64,000 bases of DNA from assembly GCA_000004985.1 (NCBI GenBank), contig GG738845.1; one strand, written 5' to 3'. The position numbers were made by a program, and so were the translations under genes. Positions 1 to 10,755 of the stretch are shown here, in pieces. The notes beneath the pieces are model-generated. The model saw only the letters and a list, made by a program, of their open reading frames with translations. It searched no databases and was not told where the DNA came from. This stretch comes from Naegleria gruberi. Its lineage: Eukaryota. Position 1 is the stretch's first letter, and every line of letters begins with the position of its first letter.

Positions 1-2266
1 GAAGTCTTCCTATTTGTCTCTTCTTCTTTTCCAAATCTCTCTTTACTTGTTCTTCTTTACCAAAACCAGCCCAAGATCCCCAACCTGGTTTAAATGTTGT
101 TGACAAGTCTGGCATATCAATTTCTTCGTCAATAGCTCTATCTTTTTCCTCTGCAAATTGTAATTCTAAATCATCCCCAGCAAAAGCTTCTTGCTTCACC
201 TTCTTCTCAAATTCCATTTGTTCTCTATTCTTTTTACTGGTGCTAACTACTGCCTCACTTTCTTCTTGTTCATTATTATTTGAAGAATCAATGCCAATCT
301 TGGTATCATCAGTGTCAATAAGAATCTTGGTAGCAATGTCCTTATTCAATTTCTTCTTTTTCTTATTCACAGTATCTGTAATATCATCACTATCTCTGCT
401 CTTTGTTTTTCCTGCTTTGTTGAGCCATGGATTTTCCTTTACAGATGTCCTTTTTCTCTTCATGGAAATACTTGTTGTTGCTACTTCCTCACTGTTTTGG
501 AGTGGTGTTTGCCCAAAAGTCTTGCTTTCAATTTTAGTTGTGTTCAGTACTGTTGTTTGAGGAACATTATTGGATGCTACGCTTGTTTGATTACTTGATA
601 CCTTGAGAGTGGATTTTGGAATAACAAAAGAATTCTTTTCAAATTTAGATTCAATAGAGTTATCCTCTTCACCAGAACTGGAATCATTTTCTTGTTTTTT
701 AGACCCTTTTGAAGTTTTTGAGAATTGCATTCTTCCAGAAGCCTCTTCACTATCAGTTACATTTTTTCCTAAATGAATTTCTACATCTCTTTCCATTTGA
801 TTAACAAGATCCATTTGCTCTAACTTCTTTTTATCCTCTGCTTTCTTCATAAACTTCATGCCAAATAAACCCTTGGCTTCTTTGTTTTCTTCTCCAGCAA
901 TGGTTTGTCTCATCATTTCAAAGGGATTAGATTCTCTTTCTTTTTTGAAAATTTCTTCAATAACTTCTTCCTCTTCGTCACTTTGATTTTCCTCTTTTTT
1001 CGTCTGTTTTTTGATAAGTTCTGTATGAATTTGAAGTTGATCAGCAACAGACTGTCTGAGGTCATCATTGTGAGACTGATGTTTCATGGCATGTCTAACC
1101 CATTTGGATGTATTCTTGTGTCTCATAGTCAATCTTTCAGTAATCATTTCTCTTTCTCGTTTCATTATTTTTTGTTTGAGTTCTTCTTCGTCCATGTTTT
1201 TCATTTCCTCTTCTTCTATTAATTCCTTTTGTTTTTCCTTTTGCTTTTTAAGAATTCTTCTATAAGTCTTACTCTTTATGTTTTTTAGCCATTTATTCTT
1301 TCTGGCCAACTTTTCCATTTCTCTTCTCTTATTCAAAACTTCCTTATGTCTTGCCATAAGTGCTTCTTTATCCATGTTTGATAGTTGTTTTTTAGTGGCT
1401 TCAAACGATTTCAACATTTCCACTTCGTTTGTGTCATCAAATACGCCACTACCTTTTATACCTTTTTCTAAAATCTTTTCTTTTTCTGTCTTGTCTCTAA
1501 GATGCTTGTAAATTATTGGCACATGTCTTGCATTTTCCACATTCTCAACAACAGTATGCCATTTTTCCATTCCTTCATCTACAATGTCAAAAGCTGCTCT
1601 TCTTTCTTCTCCTTGAATTTCTGTATCCTCAAGTGCATAGAATAATCCAGCTCCTTTTTTGAATTGCTTGTCAATTTTCTTCAATTCTTCAATGTTTTGT
1701 AACTCTTTTTGAGTTTTGTCTGCACTAACTCTTGTGTCATCGGAGTGTTTAGTAGTGGCAGAAATCAAATCAGAAAGCTGAATATCTTCGTCTTCACTTT
1801 CGTCATCATGAATGTGTGTAGCTTTCTTTATAAGTTTTTGTACATTTAATGAATCATTCTCGTCTTCATCCGATGAAGATTCTTCATCACTTGACATTTG
1901 TACTTGATTTCCAGAAAGTAGTGACTTCATTGTTTCTTCCTCTTCTCCATCGTTTGGAAAAAAGCCAGATACTTTTTGCTTCTTTGCTAACGATTTAGAA
2001 AGAGCATTATATTCATTTTCATCCTCATCCGATGAAGAAGTATCAAACTCGGAATACTTTTCAAATAACTATTAATGTTTTAAATTAAATAAACATACAT
2101 GTTTTCTAGATTCATTTCTATCTAAAACACTTTCGTTTGGTATTTCTTCCTCTGATTCCTCGTTATATTCAACTTCGTCAATCATTTCCTTGTCAGAATC
2201 ACTAGAATACTCTTGCTCTTCCTCTCTGATTTGTTCAATAAGTTTTTGCTGTTGTTTGTTCTTCAT
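1..2266 (-). CDS. UTP14: UTP14-like U3 snoRNP / small-subunit processome protein. Partial: C-terminus lies beyond window position 1. Probable 30-nt intron at 2069..2098.
   Basis: Reverse-complement translation of 1..2068 is an uninterrupted K/E-rich ORF. It contains the conserved UTP14 motifs LTMRHKNTSKW (about nt 1075-1110), GLFGMKFM (about nt 850-880) and PGWGSWAG (about nt 65-90). Not in the ORF track because it has no in-window stop. The plus-strand F/L/S-rich ORFs at 240..1511 are its antisense. Likely ATG at 2264-2266 (MKNKQQQKL). In-frame TAA TAG at 2069-2074 are removed by a GTATGT..TAATAG 30-nt intron. Confidence 0.7.
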
Positions 2267-2520
2267 TTTTTTTGTACCAACCCTATCAAACAATCCTTTG
2301 ATGAGAAATATTAACAGTTTTATTATTTGCAATTTTTGTTCGCCAACTACTAGTTAAGTAAATCATTGAATACATAATAATTAGTATGTATTTCTAATGC
2401 TGTTTTATTTACATTATTTATCATGAATGCTCACAACATTTAATTCAACGATACGTCATCAACACTTTAAAAAAACAACAGGACACGTCGTTTTTGCTAT
2501 CAAAGCATTGCAACACAATA

Positions 2521-4171
2521 TGGGAAATGTACTCTCTATGATTGGGTTTCAAAATAAAACTCATAATTTTCAAGAGGAATTACAACGATATGATAAAGAG
2601 ATTCGATATTATCATACTAGACAACGTAAATTTAATGTTAGAGCAAACTCTTTTCCGAACCGAATTTCCCAATTAATCATATTTATTGGAGTATTAGTTT
2701 GTACATCAGTGTACATGCTAATACCTCCTCCAGTTGCGTATTATGCAATTGTTGGGATTGGATTTTTATTTATAATAACGTAAGTAATTTCATCTTGTGT
2801 TGATAGAGTGATTGTTGGATATAAATCATGTGAATATTTAGAACTTGGATAATCAAGAAAGTGCTAGTAAGATACTATGATAATACTGTTTCATCGTATA
2901 ACTATGACATTGAGCAATTACTTTTAAAACAAAAGGAAATACTTGAAGATTTGAAACAACAAAACGATTACTATGCCACCCATGACCTTATCCAAAAATA
3001 TGAGAGAGCAATTCAAGTATTACAGAGACATGTAACAAGAAAAAGGAAAAAGTTGCAAATCTTTAAAAATTTGAAAAAGAGAAAGGATTTTAAATCATTG
3101 GAAGAGGAGTACGAGGATGATATGGAAACAACTGAAATTTTACTTTCTAATTATCCTTATTTTTCATATGAAGTATATAGAAAATATGCCACTAGGAACA
3201 CACTGCTTGATTCAGAAAATTCTAGTCAACCCGAACAAGACAAAACAGAAAAAACAATGACAACAATTACAACTCAAACAGATTCATCGCTGGGAATAGA
3301 AACACACTCACAACAACTGCAAACCCAGCAAATACTAGAGCAAAGTATGAACAAACTCTATTCTATGGTTTCTGCCATAAACGAGAACCAAAAACGAGTT
3401 CAAAAAATTCAATCTCTTCAAACTGTAGCAGAAAATGCTAGCCCTTTATTCAAATCTCATTCATTCCGTATTCCAAAAGAAAAAACTTCTGTTTCAGTAG
3501 GAACAATAGAGGAAGACAGCGATACTAGAAAGCGAGCAAACAGTCTTTCTTCTCAAGAAAAAGCTGAAAGCAACCAAGAAACTAATCAAGGTACTGAAGA
3601 AAGGCTGGAAGTTTCAAAGATATCTGAACTAGATGATCAATTGCTTAAGTTAAAACAGAGAGAACAACTGTTAAAAGAGAGAGAGGCCAAATTAATATTT
3701 AGAGAGTTGAATTTTGAAAAACAACTAAATGCCCTGGCTTTACAAAAACAAAATGCTATCTCTCCAAACGCTTTATACTCACCAGAGTTGACTGGTAAAT
3801 ATAGAATAAGTATCGATAAGAATAATAATGGCTTTGTTGAAAACTCAAAGACATGTAAACCTAACTGGTTTGACAGGTTGATGGACAGAGTGGTTGGTCA
3901 ATCACCAGAAAATTGTTATGCCCTTATATGCTCTAGGTGTTGTTCTCACAACGGATTAATGATGATGGATGATGCAGAAAACCATTCTGGATATAAGTGT
4001 TGGAACTGTAATTATCTCAATATCAAATCATCTTCTGTTTCAGATAGTGCAAGTGTAGTATCAGAAGTGACTGATGTACTATATATGGAAGAACATGATG
4101 AGGAAACCAACGAAACCAATGAAAATGAAGAAAAACAAGAAGCTGAAGAAAATACAGAGGTAGAGGATTAA
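2521..4171 (+). CDS. LNPK: Lunapark (ER junction protein) homolog. Two exons, 2521..2779 and 2842..4171, with a 62-nt GTAAGT...TTTAG intron.
   Basis: N-terminal MGNVLSM (Met-Gly myristoylation-type start, as in Lunapark). Hydrophobic hairpin segments. Coiled-coil region. C-terminal zinc finger CYALICSRCCSHNGL...YKCWNCNYLN, matching the Lunapark signature YALICxxCxxHNG...C..C.FLN. The two ORFs (2427..2783 and 2861..4171) join in frame across a canonical intron. Confidence 0.8.
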
Positions 4172-4174
4172 ACT

Positions 4175-7100
4175 TTATTTCTTCTTTTTGAGTTTTTGTA
4201 CAAGTTCATCTTTTCTTTTCCTCTTCTTATCATCATTTGCAGTTTCTGTACTTCTTTGCATTCCCTTTTCCTTTTGAATAATGAGTGTTTTCTGTTTGGA
4301 GGTTTTGGCATCTACTTCTTGATTATTGACAATATGATATGGGAAATCAGCTCCCAATTTCATGATTCCTGGCTCAACAACTTCCACACAAAGCTTCCTT
4401 CTGTAATTTTTAGATGTTTTAACATAAATACGAATATTAACATGTTCGAACACAGTGAGGGTAATTGTTGGTTTGTTTTGATCTTCAAAAACTAAAGAGT
4501 CTGTTTCCTCGTTAAAAGTAATATTTGAGTATTGTACATTGTCTTTTGTGAGGAAAATAACATGCTCAAAACCAAATCTTGGAATAAAAACAACGATACC
4601 ATTACTTTTCATTTGTGTAATGTAGGCTCTCTCACTTGTGATTGGATTGGAATTAAAATACACATTGGTGTACAATTCTACAGATGACCTTTGAGCATAT
4701 TGAGACATTCTATTTCTCTTATTCAAATCATTCATTAATCTTCTAGAGTATTCACGGTCAGTAACCTTTTCTGTGAGAGGATAATAACCAATGGCAGCCC
4801 CCAATAATCTGTGAACAATTACGTCAGCATATCTACGAATTGGCGATGTAAAATGTGTATAGATTGGCACAGCTAAACCATAATGCCAATATTCTTCTTG
4901 ACTGCAATCACCTGAGATAAAGTAAACAGCTTGCTCCATACATCGAGTTACCATAATACGAACTAGGGTATCCATATATTTATCCTTAATTAGTCCAGAA
5001 CTTCTAATATTACTCAAGGTTTCATTCAATATTTTGGATGATGAAATATCTAAATTGATGCCATGCCTTTTCAACATTTCCAAAAGAGGCTCAAATTTTT
5101 TAGGGTTAACAGGAGGGTGACGACGAAGACAAGCAACCATAGGGAATTCTTTAGTTATCTTCTTTGCCACAGCAATATTGGCCAACAACATGAACTCTTC
5201 TACCATAGAGTTGGTTTCTCTAAGTTGGTATAGTTCTACGTCTGTTGGGTTGGAGGATTCAGCCTCCATACTGAATTTTACAGCTGGAGAAGCAAGAGTT
5301 AATGAGCCAGCTTCGTTTCTTTTCTTCTTCAAAATTTTAGATATTTGCATTAACAACCTCAAGTCAGTTGCTAATTCATCATCTCTTTCCTTGTCATCAA
5401 TAACCTTCTGAGCTTCTTCATAAGTCATGGATTTTCTGGAACGAATTAATGATTTGGTATAGTCTACGCTCTTAATATCCCCCTCTGGAGAAAATTTCCA
5501 AATAACAGAAAAGGCCAACCGATCAACATGTTGTCTGAGGGAACACAAGTTGTTCGTTAATAAACTAGGTAACATTTCGATTCTTCTATCTACAAGATAA
5601 ACAGTGGTTCCTCTCTTAGCTGCTTCAATATCAATTGCTGTTCCTTCCTTAACAAAATTTGTAACATCAGCAATATGAACTCCAATTTCAATAGAGCCAT
5701 CAGGTAGTTGTATGGCATGTAGAGCATCATCAATATCAGTACAACCAGGAGGATCAACACTGACAATATTGAGATGTCTTAAATCTCTTCTACGTTCCAT
5801 ATCTTTCTCTGTAGGTTGCCAATCTTTTGGAGGTAGACAATCAATAATGGATTGAGAAAATTTATAGTGAGGTACGTCATGCTCAAGCAGAATTACTTCA
5901 GATTCAGTGTCGGTATTGTAAATTTCACCAATGGTACTAATATAGTGCCCATCAGGATATTTGGAATTTACACTCCATCCATCTATCATTACACATATCC
6001 TCTTATTCATCAACTCTTTGCACTGTCTTGAAACTATTCTTATTTTTGGGATGCATCTATCAACAGGGACAAATAACACCTTATTAAGACCCTCTTCAGA
6101 ATCGGTATCCTCGTCTAAACTTCCACAATATGATCTCCAATTTCGTTTAATAATTCCAACTACTTTTCCAGTTGGAATTAATCTTTCAGAATTCACAAAT
6201 CTAGAATAGAATGATGATGTAAGTGATTTTTCACTAGAGTCGCTCTCTGATGTACCTGTTAGAGGATGATTGTTTTCCAAATCAATATCATTATCATCCA
6301 TAATAGTTATTGAAGAGGGTCTTGACCATTCAGATTTTGGTAATATTTCTACAGCAACAATATCACCATGAATGGATCTATTCATGTGTTTAAAGTTCTT
6401 AATAAGTACTGTGTTAAATACTTCAGTTGAAAGAATTGGATTTTCACTTGTTTCAGTAGTAGCATCAGAATTACCAATAATTGCTCCTAATTCTTCTTCT
6501 GCAGATTTTGTATCCGAAACACCCTTCAACTCGTTTTTTCCCTTTAAATCGACTACAAGTTCTTGCATTGACCTAAGAGAAACAAAAGCTTCATTGATAT
6601 TATTCCTATTGACGGTAATTCTACCTTGATGTAATTTTTTTGTTTTGATTCTTCTTAAAAGTGTGTTCATAGGAAGGTGATCCTCAAACAACTTGTTTTG
6701 GCAATTTCCTTCTTCATCCACCATTTCATCAGAATCCTTTATCTCATCAGTGTAATTTAATAAATCTAACAATTCCTCAGGGTAATTACTCTCACTAACA
6801 CATTCCCTAACATAATCATGAATTGTTTTTGCAGTAATTTCCATTTCTCGTGCTTTTCTCAAATTTTCCTTGTCATTTGTTAATAAATAAATTGGTTTAC
6901 TTTCTGCAAGCTTTCTCATGTACCATAAAGCTGTAACTCTAATAGCTTTATCATTTCTGTCATTCATAGACTCCGAAATTTGTCTCTCACCAACATATGT
7001 TTCTCTGTGATGCTCATTAGAAAATACATAAAAATGTTTTCCTGATTTATCCTCAATTAATGTACGTATTCTTTTGTAAATATTATAGTTTTGATTTCTA

Positions 7101-7336
7101 ACTTCATTCAGTACAGTTTGAAGAATAATAGCATTTGTAATTGATGGATGTTCCAATATTGTTATCTGATGAAGAACAACATTTGTATCAGGAATGATAA
7201 AACAACTAGCATCTTCTTGAAGAGAAGAACCAACACCTGTACCAATGTCATCACGGAGATAATGTTCTCTAACAACTTTAACAACGTTACCCTTCCTCGT
7301 TTGCTTTATGAATGATGTGCTACTGCGGAGAGACAT
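4175..7336 (-). CDS. DIS3: DIS3/RRP44-type exosome exoribonuclease (N-terminal PIN region, CSD, RNB domain)
   Basis: 1053-aa ORF. N-terminus VVREHYLRDDIG plus a PIN-like acidic core. RNB catalytic motifs (VDPPGCTDIDDALH, VYLVDRRIEMLP). C-terminal S1-like region. Confidence 0.85.
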   Translation of the reverse strand: MSLRSSTSFIKQTRKGNVVKVVREHYLRDDIGTGVGSSLQEDASCFIIPDTNVVLHQITILEHPSITNAIILQTVLNEVRNQNYNIYKRIRTLIEDKSGKHFYVFSNEHHRETYVGERQISESMNDRNDKAIRVTALWYMRKLAESKPIYLLTNDKENLRKAREMEITAKTIHDYVRECVSESNYPEELLDLLNYTDEIKDSDEMVDEEGNCQNKLFEDHLPMNTLLRRIKTKKLHQGRITVNRNNINEAFVSLRSMQELVVDLKGKNELKGVSDTKSAEEELGAIIGNSDATTETSENPILSTEVFNTVLIKNFKHMNRSIHGDIVAVEILPKSEWSRPSSITIMDDNDIDLENNHPLTGTSESDSSEKSLTSSFYSRFVNSERLIPTGKVVGIIKRNWRSYCGSLDEDTDSEEGLNKVLFVPVDRCIPKIRIVSRQCKELMNKRICVMIDGWSVNSKYPDGHYISTIGEIYNTDTESEVILLEHDVPHYKFSQSIIDCLPPKDWQPTEKDMERRRDLRHLNIVSVDPPGCTDIDDALHAIQLPDGSIEIGVHIADVTNFVKEGTAIDIEAAKRGTTVYLVDRRIEMLPSLLTNNLCSLRQHVDRLAFSVIWKFSPEGDIKSVDYTKSLIRSRKSMTYEEAQKVIDDKERDDELATDLRLLMQISKILKKKRNEAGSLTLASPAVKFSMEAESSNPTDVELYQLRETNSMVEEFMLLANIAVAKKITKEFPMVACLRRHPPVNPKKFEPLLEMLKRHGINLDISSSKILNETLSNIRSSGLIKDKYMDTLVRIMVTRCMEQAVYFISGDCSQEEYWHYGLAVPIYTHFTSPIRRYADVIVHRLLGAAIGYYPLTEKVTDREYSRRLMNDLNKRNRMSQYAQRSSVELYTNVYFNSNPITSERAYITQMKSNGIVVFIPRFGFEHVIFLTKDNVQYSNITFNEETDSLVFEDQNKPTITLTVFEHVNIRIYVKTSKNYRRKLCVEVVEPGIMKLGADFPYHIVNNQEVDAKTSKQKTLIIQKEKGMQRSTETANDDKKRKRKDELVQKLKKKK

Positions 7337-7463
7337 TTTTTAGCTACAAAAAATTGAGTCATCTTCAAATTCTTCGTGCATTAGCCTTTATGCTCACATT
7401 ATTATTTAGTTGTCTGGTTAATTATTTAATAATTTTGCTAAAGATCTAAATTGTATTCGCAAG

Positions 7464-8000
7464 ATGGAGAAGAACACTTCTTGGTTAAAAAATCAAATTG
7501 AAAGGAAAGAGGAAGAGATTACTAATCTGCACGAAATACTGGCCAAATTGTATTCAGAAGAGAAAGACAAGACAATTGTGGATGTGGAAAAATCATGGTT
7601 TAACAAAACTAAACAATCTTTCACAGAAAAATTGTCGGAAAGATTTAGATATGAAAAGTATAATATGTCTGTTGATTGGAGATTAAAGATTAAATTGCAA
7701 GAGGTGTGTCCTTTGGAGTATTATTATGACAGACTGTTATTATGTACCAACAGGGAAGTCTTTAACTTATTGGATATTAATCATGGATGCAAAGAAGAAA
7801 TGGAAATGGTAAAAGAGTGTTCAGTGAAAAGAGAACGATTCACACAAGAGTTAAAAAAAAGAGAACGTTTACAACAAGAGGAAATGAAATCTAACATTTT
7901 CTTTCCAGCCTCTGGAATAACAGAAAGACATTACAAAACACATTTGGAAAAATCAAAAAAGGAATTTGATAAAATGATGCAAAACTTCAATAAAGAATAG
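7464..8000 (+). CDS. Hypothetical small coiled-coil / Cys-containing protein (178 aa)
   Basis: Clean ORF with an ATG start in a short divergent promoter shared with DIS3. Two Cys pairs (CPLEYYYDRLLLC, CKEEMEMVKEC). No family recognised. Confidence 0.45.
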   Translation: MEKNTSWLKNQIERKEEEITNLHEILAKLYSEEKDKTIVDVEKSWFNKTKQSFTEKLSERFRYEKYNMSVDWRLKIKLQEVCPLEYYYDRLLLCTNREVFNLLDINHGCKEEMEMVKECSVKRERFTQELKKRERLQQEEMKSNIFFPASGITERHYKTHLEKSKKEFDKMMQNFNKE

Positions 8001-8051
8001 GGTCAATTTTTACAAAATTGTATATACAGTAAAATTACAATGATATTAATA

Positions 8052-9074
8052 CTAGTTAGTACTGAAGTATGCATGTTTGAGACACTCAGTAGCACTTGGT
8101 CTTTTTGTTGGATCGTATTCTAACATTCTATATAGTAGATCAACACCATGAGAATCAAGCTTTTTGTGGAGAATATCAGAAGAAAATTGTTCTTTTGAAA
8201 TTCTTCCTTGTGAAGGAATTGATATTTTCTTTGCAATCTTATTCATCATGATATCATAGTTTGGAAGTTGTTTTAAATCAGGCCATTCATTACTGATTGG
8301 CAATCCTGTTTTTGAAATAATACTAGCTAGTTGAGATAATTCGTCTTTACCAGTGAATAATGGTTTTCCAGTTACCATCTCTGCAAAAATACAACCTAAA
8401 CTCCAAATATCCACACCAAAACCATATGATTGACTTCCTAAAAGAATATCAATAGATCTATACCATAAAGTAACAACTTCATGAGAAAGTTTTCTTACTG
8501 GTATTCCAAAAGATCTAGCCAATCCAAAATCTCCAAGTTTAAGCTCTATATTTCCTGTTTCAGGATTTGTTGATTGTCTACTTGAAGAATTTGAAGAGAA
8601 TGCATTTACAAGAATATTTTGTGGTTTTAAATCTCTATGAAGAACACTCTGCATGTGGCAATATTCTATACCCTTCAACATTTGTCTCATAAAATTTTTA
8701 ACTTGTCTGGATGGCAGTCCTTTTCCATCTCCAGCAACATTATTTATATACGCTTTTAAGTCACCATAGTTACAATATTCGAAAACTAGTGTTAACTGAT
8801 CCATGGAATGAACTAAATCAACGAGTCTTACAACATTAGGGTGTTTCAATTCTTTTAAAATGGCAATTTCTCTAATGGCTGTACAAGGAACCCCTTCATT
8901 TAATTGGTCAAGTTTGATACACTTCAATGCTACCAGTTGTTTGTTTGGTCCCATAGATTTATATACCTCACCATAAGTTCCTTCTCCGAGAGGTTCTATT
9001 TTTGCATAATTAAATGATTGAAATTGTGAAGTACTATCATCAATTGATGATGTATCCGATTGGTCCATATTCAT
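8052..9074 (-). CDS. Cyclin-dependent kinase (cdc2-related; PCTAIRE-like variant of the PSTAIRE helix)
   Basis: GEGTYGEVYK glycine loop, VALKCIK, GVPCTAIREIAILKEL, HRDLKPQNIL, DFGLAR and the WYRSIDILLG activation segment, with a short insert before DFG. Confidence 0.85.
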   Translation of the reverse strand: MNMDQSDTSSIDDSTSQFQSFNYAKIEPLGEGTYGEVYKSMGPNKQLVALKCIKLDQLNEGVPCTAIREIAILKELKHPNVVRLVDLVHSMDQLTLVFEYCNYGDLKAYINNVAGDGKGLPSRQVKNFMRQMLKGIEYCHMQSVLHRDLKPQNILVNAFSSNSSSRQSTNPETGNIELKLGDFGLARSFGIPVRKLSHEVVTLWYRSIDILLGSQSYGFGVDIWSLGCIFAEMVTGKPLFTGKDELSQLASIISKTGLPISNEWPDLKQLPNYDIMMNKIAKKISIPSQGRISKEQFSSDILHKKLDSHGVDLLYRMLEYDPTKRPSATECLKHAYFSTN

Positions 9075-9314
9075 TATTGTGATAATTTAAAGCTGTGATC
9101 TTGGTGCTGTTAATGATATTTCAAACAACAGACTTTTTTTTAAATTAAATAATTAAAAATGGACGAAAATAGTTTTGATTAATATCACCCATCCATACAA
9201 AAGTGCTACAAAATTTGCTTTTGAAAAAAGTCTTATTTAATATCTACTCCAACGTTGGATACATCTTAAATTAACATTCCCGCCAACACATTGGCCTCGT
9301 TAAACTGTTTATAC

Positions 9315-9326
9315 TTGCCGCCAAAT
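9315..9326. promoter_or_regulatory. E2F-like GC motif (TTGCCGCCAAAT) in the divergent CDK/IFT57 promoter
   Basis: One of five occurrences of TTT(T)GG(G)CG(G/C)CAAA-like elements, which are the only GC-rich words in otherwise A/T intergenic DNA. This copy is 45 bp upstream of the IFT57 ATG. Confidence 0.3.
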
Positions 9327-9369
9327 AATTTACTGTTTTCCAACCAACTACAACTTTAAGAAAAAAAAA

Positions 9370-10725
9370 ATGAGCAACGAAGAAGATATTATGATAAATG
9401 GTGATGATGGAGATATTCAACAAGATGACTCCAACTCTTTACCTAACTCTGCTGGCATGTTAGAAAATTCAAAACCATCAGGAAGAAAGGAATCGTACAG
9501 TCCTTATGTATATATGGAAAAAATTATTGATAAGTTAAAGTTACTAAACTATGAAAGAAGAAAAGACTTATTTCCAAGTCACGCTTATGGAGGTTTACCA
9601 AGATATTATTTTGCTCATCATGATAAAGATCATCCTCATGAGCAATTCCATACTTTTATTGCTGTTACCACATGGCTGATCTCGGATGTGCTAAAGTTGG
9701 ATGATTATGAAAGACCAGACTTTCAGTTAGATGATCCAAATACAACGACACAAAATTTAGCATTTTATTTAAAAAAAATGGGTATTCCAATGGATTTTCC
9801 TCCAACCAAGTTGAGACAGGCTTGGGGAGAACCAGTATGTTATGTAATTGATCAATTATTGAATCGCGCTCTAAAAGAATCAAAGGTCAAGTTAAAGGCC
9901 CCTGAAATTCCTGAAGAAATTAAGTTTCGTGATGATGATGAAATTCCAGAAGAATCAGAAGATATTGAGGATAATGAGGATATGCAACATGATAATGATA
10001 GCGAGAATGAGGATGAAATGTATTATACAGTTGGATCCAAAAATGATACAGGATCTAAAGATCAGGAAAAGCATTTAGAAATGATTGAGGGATACCATAA
10101 TGCTCAAGAATGGAGGTTAGAAACCGAAAGATTGTCATCCCAGCTTGTGGTTAGACTCAATGTTGATCACAAAGATTGGAGGACACACGTAGAGTCTATG
10201 GAGGAACAAAATGTTTCAATAAGAGACTTGACTCCCTCATCGACTTCTCAATTGGAAAAAATAGCTGAGGATATTGAAAAGATAAACTCAAGAATCCAGA
10301 AAAGAGAAAAAATGTTAAGTGATGATTCTTCTATTGGAAACCTTTTGGCTAATTATTCAAAAAATCAACAAGAATTAGACGAAATAACTAAAAAGTATAA
10401 GGAGTTGGAAGAAACCATTTCAGTGCTCAGTGGTGATTTAGGAAAGATAAATCAAGATCTGAGTGATATAAAGGTAAATGCTGAGGATTTAACCAAGAAG
10501 ATGGCTGATACAACTCCACTCCGAGAAATCAAAGAAGCTTTGGTAAAGATACGAAATGATATCAAGCAAATGGATATGAGAGCTGGAGTGTTACAGAATC
10601 AAGTCCTTCAAGCAAAAATGAAAACATCCAGGGTATTGAGTGCTAAGGGAAAGAAAGGTGGTATCAGTTTATCTCATCACATGTCTTCAGGCTTTGAATT
10701 CGATCCATTTATGCAATACGTATAA
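9370..10725 (+). CDS. IFT57: Intraflagellar transport protein 57 (IFT57/HIPPI)-like
   Basis: N-terminal region with DKLKLLNYE ... DFPPTKLRQAWGEPVCYVIDQLLNRAL, resembling the conserved IFT57 N-domain. Followed by a long C-terminal coiled coil. About 450 aa, like IFT57. Confidence 0.55.
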   Translation: MSNEEDIMINGDDGDIQQDDSNSLPNSAGMLENSKPSGRKESYSPYVYMEKIIDKLKLLNYERRKDLFPSHAYGGLPRYYFAHHDKDHPHEQFHTFIAVTTWLISDVLKLDDYERPDFQLDDPNTTTQNLAFYLKKMGIPMDFPPTKLRQAWGEPVCYVIDQLLNRALKESKVKLKAPEIPEEIKFRDDDEIPEESEDIEDNEDMQHDNDSENEDEMYYTVGSKNDTGSKDQEKHLEMIEGYHNAQEWRLETERLSSQLVVRLNVDHKDWRTHVESMEEQNVSIRDLTPSSTSQLEKIAEDIEKINSRIQKREKMLSDDSSIGNLLANYSKNQQELDEITKKYKELEETISVLSGDLGKINQDLSDIKVNAEDLTKKMADTTPLREIKEALVKIRNDIKQMDMRAGVLQNQVLQAKMKTSRVLSAKGKKGGISLSHHMSSGFEFDPFMQYV

Positions 10726-10755
10726 ATAAACTTTGTATTTTTCTAAAAAGAAAAA

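Noticed and set aside
240-1511. Plus-strand ORFs 240..560, 905..1222 and 1278..1511 (F/L/S-rich)
   Set aside because: Low-complexity antisense translations of the K/E-rich UTP14 coding sequence on the minus strand. No motifs, and the composition mirrors lysine and glutamate codons.
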